A stretch of 64,000 bases of DNA, taken from Stegostoma tigrinum. Lineage: Eukaryota. Where the stretch lies: assembly GCF_030684315.1 (NCBI RefSeq), contig NC_081355.1:1054001-1118000 (forward strand). Direction: 5' to 3'. Positions 11,598 through 25,411 of the stretch are shown here, one piece after another. Under the pieces are notes generated by a model. The model was not told the origin of the DNA, ran no database searches, and worked only from the letters and a program-made list of their open reading frames with translations. The translations under genes were made by a program, and so were the position numbers. Positions within the stretch are counted from its first letter, which is position 1. Every line of letters starts with the position of its first letter.

Positions 11598-11977
11598 TTT
11601 TTTAATTTCATTTGTGGGATGTCGGTGTTGCTGGCTGACCAGCATTTACTACCCATCCCTAGTTGCCTTTTAACAAAGTAGATTGCTAGGCTATTTCAGA
11701 GATCAGTTGAAACGCAGCCACCTTCCTCTGGGTCTGGTGTCACATGTAGGCCACAGTAGGGTAAGGGTGGTAGCTTCCTTCCCTGAAGACAGTTAATGAA
11801 CAGTTAGGTTTCTCCCCAGCAATTGTTTCATGGTCAAGAGTAGATTCTTATTTCCCGATAATTGTGAAATTCAAACTCCACCACCTGCCATGGCAGGATT
11901 TGAACCCAGGTCCCCAGAACATTGGTTGAGTTACTAGATTGATAGTCTAGTGTTAGTACCACTACACCATCACCTCT
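11598..11977 (-). mobile_element. tRNA-derived SINE
   Basis: Minus strand has GATGGTGTAGTGG (A box) and GGGTTCAAATCC (B box) with the family tail. Confidence 0.8.
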
Positions 11978-12679
11978 CCATCATTACAAATAGACACCAA
12001 TTACCTGCCCTGCCAGCAAGAATGAATTCAGAAAAAGCGATCAAAAGTAATGCTATCCACTGATGTAACAGCCTCACTGAGGATATGGCCCAGTTTCCAG
12101 ACTGGGCACTAACCTGGTACATTACATCGAATAGATATTGCAGCATACACACTTTAATTGTCCATTGGTTTGACTCTGATTGGTGATCCTCTCTGCTGAG
12201 ATGCCACTTTGCTACAGGAGTAGAAAATAACTCTCTGCTGAGCCTAAATAGCAAAAATGTGGGGAACAGCTTTCAAATGTGTTTGGCGATTGATAATCCT
12301 TTCGGGGGCAAATCACACATCAGGCAGTGTCAAACACAATGTAAACCTTTGAAAAACACAAACCATTCTTGTAGGGCAGGCTTCTTTTCTGGTTTTACCT
12401 TATGACAGCAGTTTTCAATTGATGTGCCACAGCACGGGTAGGCCATAGAAGTGCCCAGGCCTGCTGTGACATTGTGCACAAAGGTAATGAAAATCAATGT
12501 AAAACACACATTGTTCCATCTTAAACTATATTTATTCAAACCAAAATTATAACTCATAAAACTTGTGAAAATTAATCATCAATCTTAATTGGTCTTTTGA
12601 TTCTAAAATGTGACCATTTTAAATACAGCCAGAGAGTGAAATTGAAATGGGAAGTAAAAAGCAGGTGTGCTATGAAATT

Positions 12680-13230
12680 ATAGAATCAGAGAATCGTACA
12701 GCATGGGAACAGACCCTTCAGTCCAAACAGTCTATGTTAGACATGTTTCCAAATTTAACCAGTCCCACCTACCTATGTTTGGCCCATATCCCTCCAAACA
12801 TTTCTAATCCAAACTTGTAACTGTACCCCCATCCACCAATTCCTTTGGAATTAAATACACGCACAAACCAATCTCTGTGTAAAAAAAAGTCCCCATGTCT
12901 TTTTTAAAACCTTGTCCTCTCAACTTGAAAATTTGCCCCTAGTCTTGAAATCCCCCAATCCCCCAGGGAAAAGGAAACACCTGCCATTCACCTTATCCAT
13001 ATCCCCCATGACCTAAGGTCACCTCTTAACCTCCCCCACACCAGTGAGAAAAGTCCCAGCCTATCCAGCCTCCCCTTCTGACTCAAACACCCTGGCCCCA
13101 GCAACATCCTGGTAAATCTCTTCTAAACCTTTTCCAGCTTAATATTATCCTTCCCACAACAGGACCACCAGAACCAGACATGATATTCTAAAAGAGGTCT
13201 CACCAACAGCCTATACAAACTCAACATGTT
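12680..13230 (-). mobile_element. CR1 LINE 3' fragment
   Basis: (TAGAATCA)-type tail, CR1 3'UTR and decayed ORF2 C-terminus. Confidence 0.8.
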
Positions 13231-15989
13231 GCATAGCAGTGTGCTGTGTTATTGAGAAGCTTAGGAATCACTGTTTTATGAAAGGCAACAAAATCACTTT
13301 GGTAATGAGTTTCACATCAATTTAGAAAGTGTTCCATTGTTAGGCTCAAGTCAATCATGTTGGTGCCATCTGAAACAATGCATGTTTTTTAAAAAAAACT
13401 TGTTGAAATTTAATCATACAGGATAACCATGTAACCTTGGTCATACAGCCCAAAATTGCAATGTATGTTGATCGCACAAGATTCAAAATTGAAGTACTTA
13501 CATATCTGATGCAATTGAATATGAAGAAGTGCAATGGTGTACCTTTTGTTAGGAAGGATGCAGAGATGCAACATCAACTGAATGGTGCCACTTTAAAGGC
13601 ACCCAGTAATGGAATGACCTGCTGGTGTCAGTATTAAAAATTTCATTGAAAGAAGTTCAAATTGGTAAGGCTTACTAAAATAGAATCCTTGGGCTGAATT
13701 TAATACCTTCCCACCTGGGTGAGTTACATGACAGCAGCCATGTGGGAAGGTGGGGCTGGGGACCTCATTTCCTCTTCCTGCGTCCATGGTTAAGTCTGCA
13801 GGTTGCAGTGACAGTTAATGAACCTTTACTACTTGAGTCTCGAATTCACTTTCAATCATTGGATGTGGTGCTTCAAGGAATGGATAGCCATCAATCACTT
13901 TATCCCTTAATTTCCTCTGCATTTTAAAAAAAGAGTTAATATTTGGAGTCCAATGTAAGTTCTTTGGAACTGAAGGGAGCTGGAAAATTAGAGATTTTAT
14001 TCTGGTGGCACAGGGGGAGGGGTAGAACACATCGTGGGCACTCCCAGTGTAAATAACTCACAGTGGTAGGTGTGTGAATAACAAGAAATAGATGAGAGCA
14101 AACCTCATATAAACGAGACGTGGGGTGGGAGGGCACACCCTGGAAATCAAAATGGAGGAAGCATTAATGGACTAAAATTGTTCAACTCAATGTTGTATCC
14201 TGAAGGTTTTATTATTATCTCCCGGCCTTATACTGTGCCTTGTCATCAGATTCCTTGGGTTAAATTAGAGCCTTCACAGCCAGCCCATCTCCTCTGTGGG
14301 GGTATGAAAATGAAACGCTTTCTTTGGCATTCATAGTCAGTTGTACGTTTCTGGCAGTTTTCAAGCTGAACATCATGGACTGTGTAAAATGTCACAACAG
14401 GTAATGAAGGCTATCAGAACTTAGGCTTACAGAACACAAGCTCGACATTAGCTAATCACAAGATTCAGAAATGCAGGAAACAATGAGATGCTAACAGTAG
14501 ACTTCAGGCACACGTACGCTGATGAAATTGAGATATTACTTGGATTAAATATTAAACACTTGTGCATCAACTGACAAACATTTGCCATGCTTCATTGATT
14601 AAGCAATAAGAAATTGCTAATGCTTCTTAGGGATGTGGTTACTAATGGTTTGATCAAAAGCTGGAGACAATGTCTTTTAATATAACATTTTCTAAAATGA
14701 AAGGAGGTAGAGGTACAATTCAAGTGAATGTTTAATATGAGTATTCAGCTTTGTATTCTACCTAAATAGAAGAAATGAGAACAAGTGACTAATTAAGGAC
14801 TGGAAGAAGTGGGGGCATTGAAGAGGATTATAAAATTAGGTTGAAATGATTATAAATATGTTGAAATGAATAGTCCAAGTTTTACATAAATCTCTCACTA
14901 CTGAGTAATTTTCCAGTATATGTTAAGTGCACTGCTACACCCATGTTATGTACTGATCCCATTACACTGCCACCCCAGGGAAATACCAACATTCATGTAG
15001 TATACTGGCAAGTCTACTCGTTTAGAAAAATGCATGGCATCTTATTGAGTTTAATTATTTTGTTTTGAAGTTTTACATGAGTTACTCTACTTCTGAAGCC
15101 CCGTTAGCCACCTCAGAGCTGAAAATGAATGAGTAAAGTTACGTTCTCCAAATAAATTGGAAGATAGAATATTTAACTTGAGGCTGGTCAGCTCACTCAA
15201 ATAACTCTTGCCACATTTTTCAAACTGACATTTGAAATGCAGTGCATCAGAGAACTCAACAGTGACCTCAGCAATTAGCTGTGCTGAAATGAGTTATGAA
15301 TTTTACCAGCAGTGATGTGCGTAGTAATTATGTGGCTAAAAGTACTGTCCTTACTAATTTTTGTGAAAAATTGGATGTGAGCAAAATATGGAGACCATGG
15401 TTACTTGTGGTTACTTATGTAATCATCTTAAAATCAACAAAGAGTGAACATTGATATATATGATGCATGTATTTTTGTCCATCTACAATACTGACAACTA
15501 AAATTATCCAGAATAGGCCGTTCAACCCAACAGCTCTATGTTGACATTTATTCGCTACATAAGCCTCCTCCAGCCCCTTTTAAGTCTATCAGTATATCAA
15601 TCTATCTCTTTCTCCTTCATTTATTTATCTAGTTTCCCATTATATGTCTCTATATTGCTCATCTGAACTAATAACAGTGTTGGCAAATTCCAAACACTCA
15701 CCTTTCCCTGAATAGATTTGTTTCCTCTGTTGGATTTATTTGTGGCAAACTTATGTTTATGAGCCCGAGTTTTGGTCACCCCAGCAAATGTAAACATCTT
15801 GGCCTATACTTTACATATTTTTGGCTAAGGCTGCATTGCTTTGTGATTTTCAGACAGTTTGTTTCCATGAGGCCTGGTGGTTTCCCTCACTTGAATCTTA
15901 ACAAACGTGGCTCATTGACTACCAGCCACTCCTACAATTTCCACCACATCTGACATTGTGCCATTCCTGGATCTACTCACCACTCAGTG

Positions 15990-17560
15990 AATGTCACTGA
16001 ATGACCAGCCTCCCTTGTACCTGCATTGTCTTTAAAATCCCACTGTGCCACCGGACAGGCTCTGTCAGCCTGGAGCTGCCCTGCACCGTTCCTGACATTT
16101 ACCCCAGACATTGCAGACAGGGGGAAATCACTGCCCAACTTTGAGGAGCTCTTGGAGCTCCTGCTGGGAGGTGGAGGTGCAAAGGTGGGACTTCCTCTTC
16201 CCCATGGGCCAGCAGAGGAGGCTCGGACACCAGACCCTGCCCAGCCTGGTCTTAGGTTATCCCCCCCCCGAGTCAGTGCAGTCTCAGTGTCTGGAGGAAT
16301 GCCCAGCACTGTAGACTAAAGGGCAGTGACCATCTGCACTCCCCCAGGGTAAGTGCCACCATCTTCTCTCTGATACCTCACCCTCACTCGGTCTCTGATA
16401 CTGTACTCACCTCCCACCAAGGCTCATGCTCTCCCACTCTCACTATTACCTACAACACCCTCCCTCACCCTCACCCACCCCAACTCCCAACACCACTCAC
16501 CCTGCATACCCTCTGTGCTGCCCACTCACTCACTCAGGTCACATTCCTACACCCACCCCCCACCCCCGCACTAACAGTAACAGCTGTGTAACCCACTTCC
16601 GTCTCCATTAATACCCACCTCTCTCATTCTGGGAGGAAAACAGCCCCCGGACGGTGCAGAAAGAGCCCAGAAGGGGGAGAATTGCCTGACATTCTGTTCC
16701 TCACTCCTTACGAAGAGAACATCCTGACTCTAAATGCCCCGAGCAAGGCCTGGGCTGGTATTCAAGGTTTCCCTGACCTGCTGTGCTGGGAACTCTCAAG
16801 CAAATGCTGGCCTCCTTGATGAATGAGGCCTGCTGACAACAACAACAAGTTTGCTTTGCAAAAATATGAGCCCGGGATCTCTGGCTGAGGGGTCAAAACT
16901 AAGTGGCCAGTCAGGGATGCTGTGGGCATCGGAGTTGGCTCAGGATGAGTGAGGGCTCTGACAGTGAGGGGCGATCCCAGAGACCCAGCCTGTGCAGACC
17001 CTGAGCTGGGGGTGTGTCCCTGAACACACAGTGTCCTTGCTGCAGCATTACAGTGAGAGTTGCTGGGGTAGCCCAAGGGGTAGCATTGAAGGAGACTGTG
17101 TCCTGTCAGTGGATCAGAGATGTGGCATGAGGGTTCTTAGTGGCTGGGCACATATTGGGTGACAATGATGATTGATGTGGATTATGAGCGGCTGGTGCCA
17201 ATGGAGTGGGTCTTGTTCAAGTGGTGTATGGTGTCCAAGATGGAAGTTGTTTGGAGTAAGCAATGAGCTGAATCCACCAGTACACAATTTGGTTCCCTGG
17301 TCAGATTTGCCTGATATTGAGCTTTTTTGATGAGTTTGCTAAGGTGGGAAGCTGAGTATCAGTGCAGTGAGTCAGCAGCTAACCAGCAAAGATGACCATC
17401 TTTCCACAAATGAGCAAAAATCTCTCTCCAAGCTGCATGTGAAAACATAAAGGATGGCAATCATTGTTCCTAATGTTGAGATGGGCCTCATTAGACTTCT
17501 TGTCTAATTCTGTCACGCATCTCATCAAAGCTCATGTCACAGAGACCTTTTAAGATTTCA
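15990..17560 (+). mobile_element. Harbinger-like DNA transposon relic with Myb/SANT (NAIF1/MSANTD-like) ORF remnant
   Basis: Joining frames over 16111-16315 gives ADRGKSLPNFEELLELLL/EVEVQRWDFLFP..RRLGHQTLP/AW/RVSAVS/WRNAQHCR, which fits the F..L..V..LF..AW..VSA..R..QC pattern. Element ends are uncertain. Confidence 0.6.
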
Positions 17561-17565
17561 CTTCT

Positions 17566-19202
17566 TGTCTACAACTATGCAGACCAGCATGGGCCCTAGT
17601 TATGCCTGTCTCTTTGTGGGGTACGTGAAACATTCCTTTTTCCAGTCCTATTCCAACTCCCACCCACAACCCTTTCTCCGATACATTGACGATGTTATTG
17701 GCGCTGCTTCCCTCTCTCGCCTAGAATTAGAAAACTTCATCAATTTCGCCTCCAATTTCCACCTTGCTATCTCTGACTCCTCCCTTCTCTTCCTCAACAT
17801 TTCTGTTTCCATTTCTCGGGATAGACTGGCTAATATTATCCATTAGAAGCCCACCAATACCTGCGGATACGTGGACTATACATCCTCATACCCCACTTCC
17901 TGTAAAGACTCCAAACTATTCTCTCAGTTCCTCTGTCTCTGTCGTATATGTTCAGATGAAGCCAACTTCAACAAGGGAGCATCCGATATGTCAACATTCT
18001 TCCTCAACCGAGGATTCCCCAGCTCCGTTGTTGACAGGGCCCTCGATTGGGTCCGACTCATCTCCCGCACTTCAGCCCTCACCCCTTCTCTTCCCTCCCG
18101 CGACAGCAATAGAGTACACCTTGTCCTCACCTACCGTCCCACCAGCATCCACATCGAAAAGATCATCAGACACCATTTCCGCCATCTCCAGCAAGATGCC
18201 ACCACCAGACACATATTCCACTCCCATCCCTTGTCCGCCTTCCGCAGGGACCATTCCCTCCGGGACACCTTGGTCCACACTTCCTTCACCCTCAACACAA
18301 CCCACAGCCCTACAGCACTTTCCACCATAACCGGCGAAGGTACAACACCTGCCCATTTACCTCCTCCCTCCCCAGTATCCAAGGGCCCAAATATACCTTC
18401 CAGGTGAAGCGACACTTCACTTGCACATACAAGAATCCAGTCTACTGAATTCGCTGCTCACAATGTGGTCTCCTCTACACTGGGGAAATGAAGCGTAGCC
18501 TTGGCGACCATTTCGCAGAACATCTACGTTCTGCTCACAAAAAAGGCCCTGAACTACCTGTTGCCTGCCACTTCAAAGCACCACTGTGCTCCCTGGCCAA
18601 CAACTCTGTCTCTGGCTTGCTACAGTGTCCCAGTGAAGCCCAACGCAAGCAGAAGGTCTAGGCCTGAAACGTCAGCTTTTGTGCTCCTGAGATGCTGCTT
18701 GGCCTGCTGTGTTCATCCAGCCTCACATTTCATTATCTTGGATTCTCCAGCATCTGCAGTTCCCATTATCACAGAAGGAACAACACCTCATTTTCTGCTT
18801 GGGGACCCTATAGCCCACCGAACTCAATATTGAGTTCAATAATTTTAGGTCCTAAACGCCCCCATGTCCCAGCGCCCCCACACACCAGGCCTTGTTACCA
18901 CATAGCCTGCCACTACACACCCTCCGTTGTTAGTCACTGACAGTCCCCATTAACAACTGTTCACCCTCCCAGCCTGATCGTTAACAATTCCTTTGCCCAA
19001 ATGTCTTTTTCTCGCTTTGGGGTCTATCTCATCATTTATTCCCTACTCCCCACTTTCCTATTTTCTGCATATCAACTGACATTTTCCCAGGCACCATTAG
19101 TTCTGAGGAAGGATCACTGGACCCGAAACATTAACTCTTTTTTATCCTCCACAGATGCTGCCAGACCTGCTGAGCTTTTCCAGCAACTTTGGTTTTGTTC
19201 CA
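17566..19202 (+). mobile_element. Penelope-like retroelement, 5'-truncated and decayed (RT + GIY-YIG)
   Basis: MGPSYACLFVG..FLRYIDD (RT), then YTSSYPTSCK..SQFL (RT C-terminal), then IRCSQCGLLYTGE (GIY-YIG). Hammerhead AGTT-CTGAGGA(19103-09)..GAAAC-ATT-AACT. A short PLE piece is nested at ~18655-18770. Confidence 0.92.
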
Positions 19203-19564
19203 GTTATTTATAATCTTAAAGACGTATATAAGATCATCCTCATGTCTTCACTTTTATGCTGAGGGTCATCAGTCATAGTTCTGATGTCACCTTTGAACAT
19301 TTTCCTCAAACTCTTTATATGTCTGTAGAATGTGGAAATTTAAACTGTGCACAGTTACTTCAAGTGCAGCCCAACCAAGGTTTTGCACAAGTTTAAGATA
19401 CCTTTCTAATTTTATCCCTCTTGACATAAATCCAAGTGGTTGTGTGATAAAAGGAGCCGTGTAAGAAAGCTTTTGTCCCCTTAACAGATTCCTGTATCTG
19501 AAACCTGAAATATTGTGGTAAATGAAAATAATATAAAATTGATAAAAGTGGAAAAGCATTTAAA

Positions 19565-20360
19565 TTTTTTTTATTCATGGATGCAGGTGACATTAGCAGG
19601 GCCATCATTCATTGCCTATCCCTAAATGCCCTGGAGATGCAAGTGATGAGCTGCTTCCTTGATCCATTGCAGTCATTACAGGTGGAGAAGGTGTTTAAGG
19701 TTGGTAAGTGGTTTGGAGGGGAACTTGCAGGTGATGGCCTTTCCATGTGTCTACCGCTCATGTCCTTCTAGATGGAAGTGGTTGTTGGTGTGGAAGATAC
19801 AAGTAAGTCTTGATGAGTAATTGAAGTGCACATGATACATGTTACTGCCATTGTGAATGTCCTGGATAATGACAAGCTTCTTGAGTGTTGCACTTACCCA
19901 GGCAATTGGGGAGAGTCCCATCTTACTTCTGACTATGCCATGAAAATGTTAGCAAGTTTTGGGGCGTCGAGAGCTGAGTTACGTGTCACAGAATCCCGAG
20001 CCTTTGACCTTCTCTTGTAGTGATAGTATTATATAGTTAATCCAGCTGAGCTTTTGTTCAATGGTAAACCGAAGGATGTTGTTAATGGAGAATTCGGTGA
20101 TGGTAATGCTATTGAATGCCAAGGGGTGATGGTTATATTATCTCTCATTCTAGATGGTCATTGACTGGCACTTGTGTGGCACCAATGTTAATTTCCACTC
20201 ATCAAACCAAGCTTGGATATTGTCCATATCTTACTGAGTTGGACATGGGCTGTTTTAGTATCTGAGAATACTAAGTATATACTAATTGTGCTGAACATTG
20301 CACAATCATCAGCAAACATCCCCACTCCTGACCTTATGATGGAGGGACATCATTGTTGAA
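19565..20360 (-). mobile_element. CR1-group LINE 3' part
   Basis: The minus strand encodes GMFADDC near 20300-20325 and has the same 3' tail as 2880. Confidence 0.75.
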
Positions 20361-20554
20361 GCATCGTTCGGCCTGGAATACAAACTGAAGATTATAAAAA
20401 AGGGCATTTGTTGTAGTGGCCTTACTTCTGGGGAAAGTGACCTGGGTACAGGTCACATGTACTCCTGGGATATATAACACCATCTCCAAACACGATGAAT
20501 AGAAACTGCCCACCCTGCGAGTTATAAAATAACTGGCTAATGAACTGGTCGACC

Positions 20555-21900
20555 TTTTGGTGCTCATTTCCAAAACTCCCTCAATTCAGAAAAGGCTCCA
20601 TCAGATTGGAATGTAGCAAATTTAATTCTCCTATTCAAGAAGGATGAGAGGTCATAAACTGGAACTTGACCATCTTGCCATGAATGAGCAAAAATCTCTC
20701 TCCAAGCTGACACCTGTCATGGGGAGAACATGACAATGGTTGCTAAAGGGGCCAAACCTGTGCACTTAGGAAAAACTCAAGTTAATCAGCAAGAGTCAAC
20801 CTAGTCTCATCAATGGAAAATTGTGTTTAACCAGTTTAGTGGAGGTTTTGAAGGAGTGACGTGTACTGTGGATAAAATAGACATACTTGATTTCCAGAAG
20901 ACATTTGGAAAGTTTTCTCATTACAGGTTACTGTAGAAAATAAAAGCGCATGGCGTAGTGGGTGGCAGAAGAGAGAAGATAGAAGATTTGCTGCCTGCAG
21001 AAAACAGAAAGCATGTGTAATTGGGCTTGTGATTGACAGGAAATGACGAGTGCACTCCACAGGGGTCTGAGCTGGAACTTCAACTTGTTACAATTTACAT
21101 CAATGATTTACATGAAGGGAGTGAAGGCCTGGTCATTAACAATGAAGATGACAAAGAGGGGAAGAAAATATGTTGTAAAAAAGACATTGCAGGTTGCAGG
21201 CTGATACAGATAGACTGGGTGAGTGAACAAAAATCTGTCAGATGGAAGATAATGTAGGCAAATGTGCAGTTGTTCACTTCGGCAAGAAGAAACAAATCAG
21301 CAGTATAATTTAAATAGCTCAGCACAGTGCTACAAAAGCTTGTGATTTCAAATAAACTTATTGGGCTATGACCTGGTGTTGTGTAATGTCTAACATTGTC
21401 CAATCCAATCCAACACTGGCACCTCCATATCATTATTTAAGTAGAGAAGAACAGTGAAATTCCAAAGTAGAGGTCTCTAGGGGTGTTCTAGTCCACGAGT
21501 CATCAAAAGTTATAATGCAGGTTCAGCATGAAATTAAGAAGGTGAATGTGTTGTTTATTCTATATGTTGGAAGGAATTGAAATAAAAGTGAAGAGGTTAT
21601 TCCTCAGGTGTACATTATATACATTAAAAACAGTTTTCATCTCATTATTTGAAGAAGACTACAAATGCATTCGGAATGATTCAGAGGTTGACTGGATTAA
21701 TACTGAGAATGAGTGGATGGTTTTATCAGGGAAGCTGGACAGAGTTTAGAAGAATGAGGGGTGGCGCAATTGAAGTTTATAAGATCCTGAATGCTGTTAA
21801 CAAGTTGGAAGTGGAAAGGATGTTTTCTTTTTTGGGTCAGTCCAGAACCAGCTGAATGTTATATTTACATTAGGGAATGTCTTTTTAAGGTACAGATTAG
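20555..21900 (+). mobile_element. Old CR1 LINE RT region
   Basis: PQGSELELQLVTIYINDL and FRRMRGGAIEVYKIL motifs, with small insertions. Confidence 0.8.
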
Positions 21901-22819
21901 AATTTCTTTTTTTCTCTTACTTATTCATGGAATGAGCATATCGTTGACTAGGCCAGCATTTATTGCCCATCTCTAATTGCCCCGAAGGCAGTTAAGAGTC
22001 AACCACGTTGCGGTGGATCTGTAGGCCAGACCAGGTAAGTCAGTGAAGGCAAAGTTATTCTCTATTTTTAAAGCAGAGTTCAATAGTTTCTTTATGTAAT
22101 GGCTTTGCCAAACACTTCCATCTATCTGTAAGAATGAGCTTAATGTTCCAGTTGCTTACCATTTCAATAAACCACCTTGGTATAATGTTAACATTTCCAT
22201 TCCAGACCTACCGCAAGTGTTCCTGTGAAGCCCAATATAAGCTGAAGGAACACCACTTCCTTTTCCATGTAGACATTTTACAGCCTTCAAGGCTCAGTGC
22301 AGGACTCAACAATGTCAAAGCTTTAACTCTGTCCTTCATTCTGATTAACCCATCCCCATGGCGAGTTGGCATGTGTTCACATTCAGCAAAATTGATTTCA
22401 TAACTCCTATTCGACCATCGATGCCTAATCTACATCTCAAATGCTCCTTTCCCATCATTAGTGTACATTTATCGAATTCTCTTGGGGTTCTCTCACATTT
22501 TGTTCCACTCACTCCTTTACCTTTGATAACATCTCCCTTCAGTTTAGAGAGTTGGCTTCTTATTTGAAATGTTGATCTTGTTTTACTCTCCACCCCGCTG
22601 CTAAGCTTGCTAAATTTCTCCAGATTATTCTGTTTTTAAATAGATTCTTATTAGATCAGAAAATCAAAGTTATTAAGGAGCAGATAGTAACATTAAATTT
22701 GAAAAGCAAACAGATCAGCCATGTTCATATTGAAAAGTGAAGATGGCTTGAAGGGGGCGAATAGTTTATTTCTGCTCCTATTATTTTGGCTTCCAACAAC
22801 CATCTTACTCTGTGCTTGG

Positions 22820-23900
22820 TACAACTCCAATCATAGGAGATTATTTTCCGTAATGTCTGTTGACTCCAGTTTTGCTAGGGCTCTTTGATACCACACTTGC
22901 TCGAATGCAGCCTTGTTGTCAAGGGTTGTGACTCTCACCTCACCTCTGGAAGGCAGCTCCTTTGTCCATGTTTGAACCAAGGTTGTAATGAGGTCAAGAG
23001 CTGAATGGCCCTGGCAGAACCCAAACTGGGCATCACTGAGCAGGTTATTGCTGAGCAGTTTTTGCTTGATGACGCTGTCGATGATCGAAAGTCGACTGAT
23101 GGAGCAGTAACTGGCCGAATTGGATTAGTTCTGCTTTGTGTGTACAGAACATAACTGGGCAATTTTCCGCATTTTCGGGTAAATGCCTGTGTTGTAGCTG
23201 AACTCTACCTGCTAAACTTGGGGAGCCGCAAGTTATGGAGCAAAAGTCTTCAATACAATTAAAAGCCAAAAGAACTATGGATGATGTAAGTCAGGAACAA
23301 AAACAAAGTTGCTGGAAAAGCTCAGCAGGCCTGGCAGCATCTTTGGTGGAGAAAACAGAGTTAACGTTTTGGGTCTGGTGACCCTTTCTCAGAACTCAGA
23401 ACCTGAAATGTTAACTCTGTTTTCTCCTCCACAGATACTGCCAGACCTGCTGAGCTTTTCCAGCAACTTTGTTTTTGTGTCTTCAATACAATTGTTGGAA
23501 TATAGTCAGGGCCTTTACAGTATTCAATGTCTTCATCTTCTCCTTGATAAGCAAGGTGTATACCAAGCTCATTGAAGCTTAGCATCTGTGATGCTGAGGA
23601 CCACAGGAGGATGCCAAGATTGATCATCCATTCAGAACTTCTGGGTGAATATTGCTGCAGATCTTTTAGCCCTGTCTTTTATAGTGATGTTCTGGGCACT
23701 GCTCGTTATTGAGAACGGGGATATTTGTGAAACCCCCATCTCAGTTGAGGTTGTTTAATTGGCCAGCAGCATTCTCGGTGGGATGTAACAGGACTGCAGA
23801 GATTAAACCAGCTCTGTCTGTCTTAGTTCTCTCTCTGTATTCACTTTTTATTCCTCCACTTGGCATTCAAGCAATCTTGCATTGTAGCTCTACTGAACTA
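22820..23900 (-). mobile_element. Decayed CR1-group LINE internal fragment
   Basis: KGPDYIPTIVLK motif on the minus strand, interrupted by a PLE fold-back element. Confidence 0.55.
23262..23478. mobile_element. Short fold-back PLE-derived element
   Basis: Inverted arms CAAAAACAAAGTTGCTGGAAAAGCTCAGCAGG / CCTGCTGAGCTTTTCCAGCAACTTTGTTTTTG, flanked by the direct repeat GTCTTCAATACAATT. Confidence 0.85.
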
Positions 23901-25411
23901 ACAGTTTAGATCAGCCAGGATCACATTGAATGTTGGAGGGTTGAAGACTTGAAGGGCCAAGTATGGTCCTTTTGTTCCTTGTTCATACATCCAATACCTC
24001 ATTTTTAGATCCCAGCATGCTGTACAAGTACAAACACAAACGTCTTCCACAATAGCAAGTGATTTGAACAAGAAAGAGTGAGAGGTTTGATTGGCTGGAA
24101 TATTTTGGAACAGTTCATTTTCCAAGTTGGAATATCATTAGGAATACATAGCAATATGTGGTTGGACAGACTCATGTTTATACAGTGTTGCTCAGCTACA
24201 AATATTTACCTCCACGCACTGATGCTTTGCAAGTATTTGTTGGAGAAAGCAAGAAGACAGAGAATTATATGTTACTCTTCTGCCTACCAGTCTGAGGGGG
24301 TTTCTCTGAATTATTGTGCGTGTTGTCGCTTATCTTTATTCAGATAATTTAGCCTCAGGAATTGATAGCGCAGTTTAAACTAAAGGCTTTGGTAAAATTG
24401 GAACTTCCCATGAAATATTCAGCGTATCACACATGTCAATTGACTTGAAGTTGTGTTAAAATCAGTGTAGGGTTGAAAGGAAATGTGTTTAATGGATTTT
24501 CATACGTGGTTTATGAAGAGCTCGAAGCTGTTGGGTTTCAAGATAATACAGTTGTGGGATTGAGCATTGACAAGGGGATGTGAAGCAGATTATAGAGGTG
24601 TAACAAATCTCTTTGAGCTTGGACTAACTAACAGGTTCATCCAGCTCCACACTTTGTTATCTAGTATATTAGGACTGCTGTGTATCTACTGTTGCTATAG
24701 ATAACATGACCACTGTAATGTAAACTGAAATTAGTTTTTAGTCATTTGCATCCATATGAACCTCTCCCAGCTTTATCAGATAGATTCTGAAACAATGTTC
24801 AATATGAATGTTTGCATTTAAATTAATCTAGAAGAAAGGAATTACAATTGAATCTCTTGTTAACCTAATTTACTTCAATTATTTCCATAAGGGATGATAG
24901 ATTGTCCTAACACTCTAGTGCGGGAGCTTTTTGAAGGAGATCGGTCATTCAACAGCGAGTTTGATGTCAGCTCATCAGTGATGCAATTTATGAAGAAGAA
25001 AGATGTAAAAATAATTTCATACTATCTGCACTCACTTTTTCAGCAGATTATCTTTTGCTGGGGCTTGGTCACTGCCTAAAATTTAATGAAATTTTGTGTG
25101 AAGGAAAGTCTGAATCGACCTCTCTCTCATGAAACCTTACCTACTGCTTTGTCACCTTGGACACCAGGGTCAACCTGAGGAGATGTGTGTCGCCACAAAA
25201 ACCAACTTCAGGCAAAATGGTTCCATTAGAAGCTCCAACCTGCTCGGCAGCTCTCTTTCTTTCTTTGTCGTTCCTTTTTTCCCTCACTCCTTCTATCACC
25301 AATCCTTACATAAACCGACCTAATGAGTAGAGAAGGAGCTGGGGATGATCGGGAACCACATGGCAGCAGCTGAGTGCATGGGTCATGTTTGGTTGAGTTG
25401 GCAGCTCAAGT

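Noticed and set aside
15790-15810. miR-30-like TGTAAACATC
   Set aside because: Only about 10 nt match and there is no precursor hairpin.
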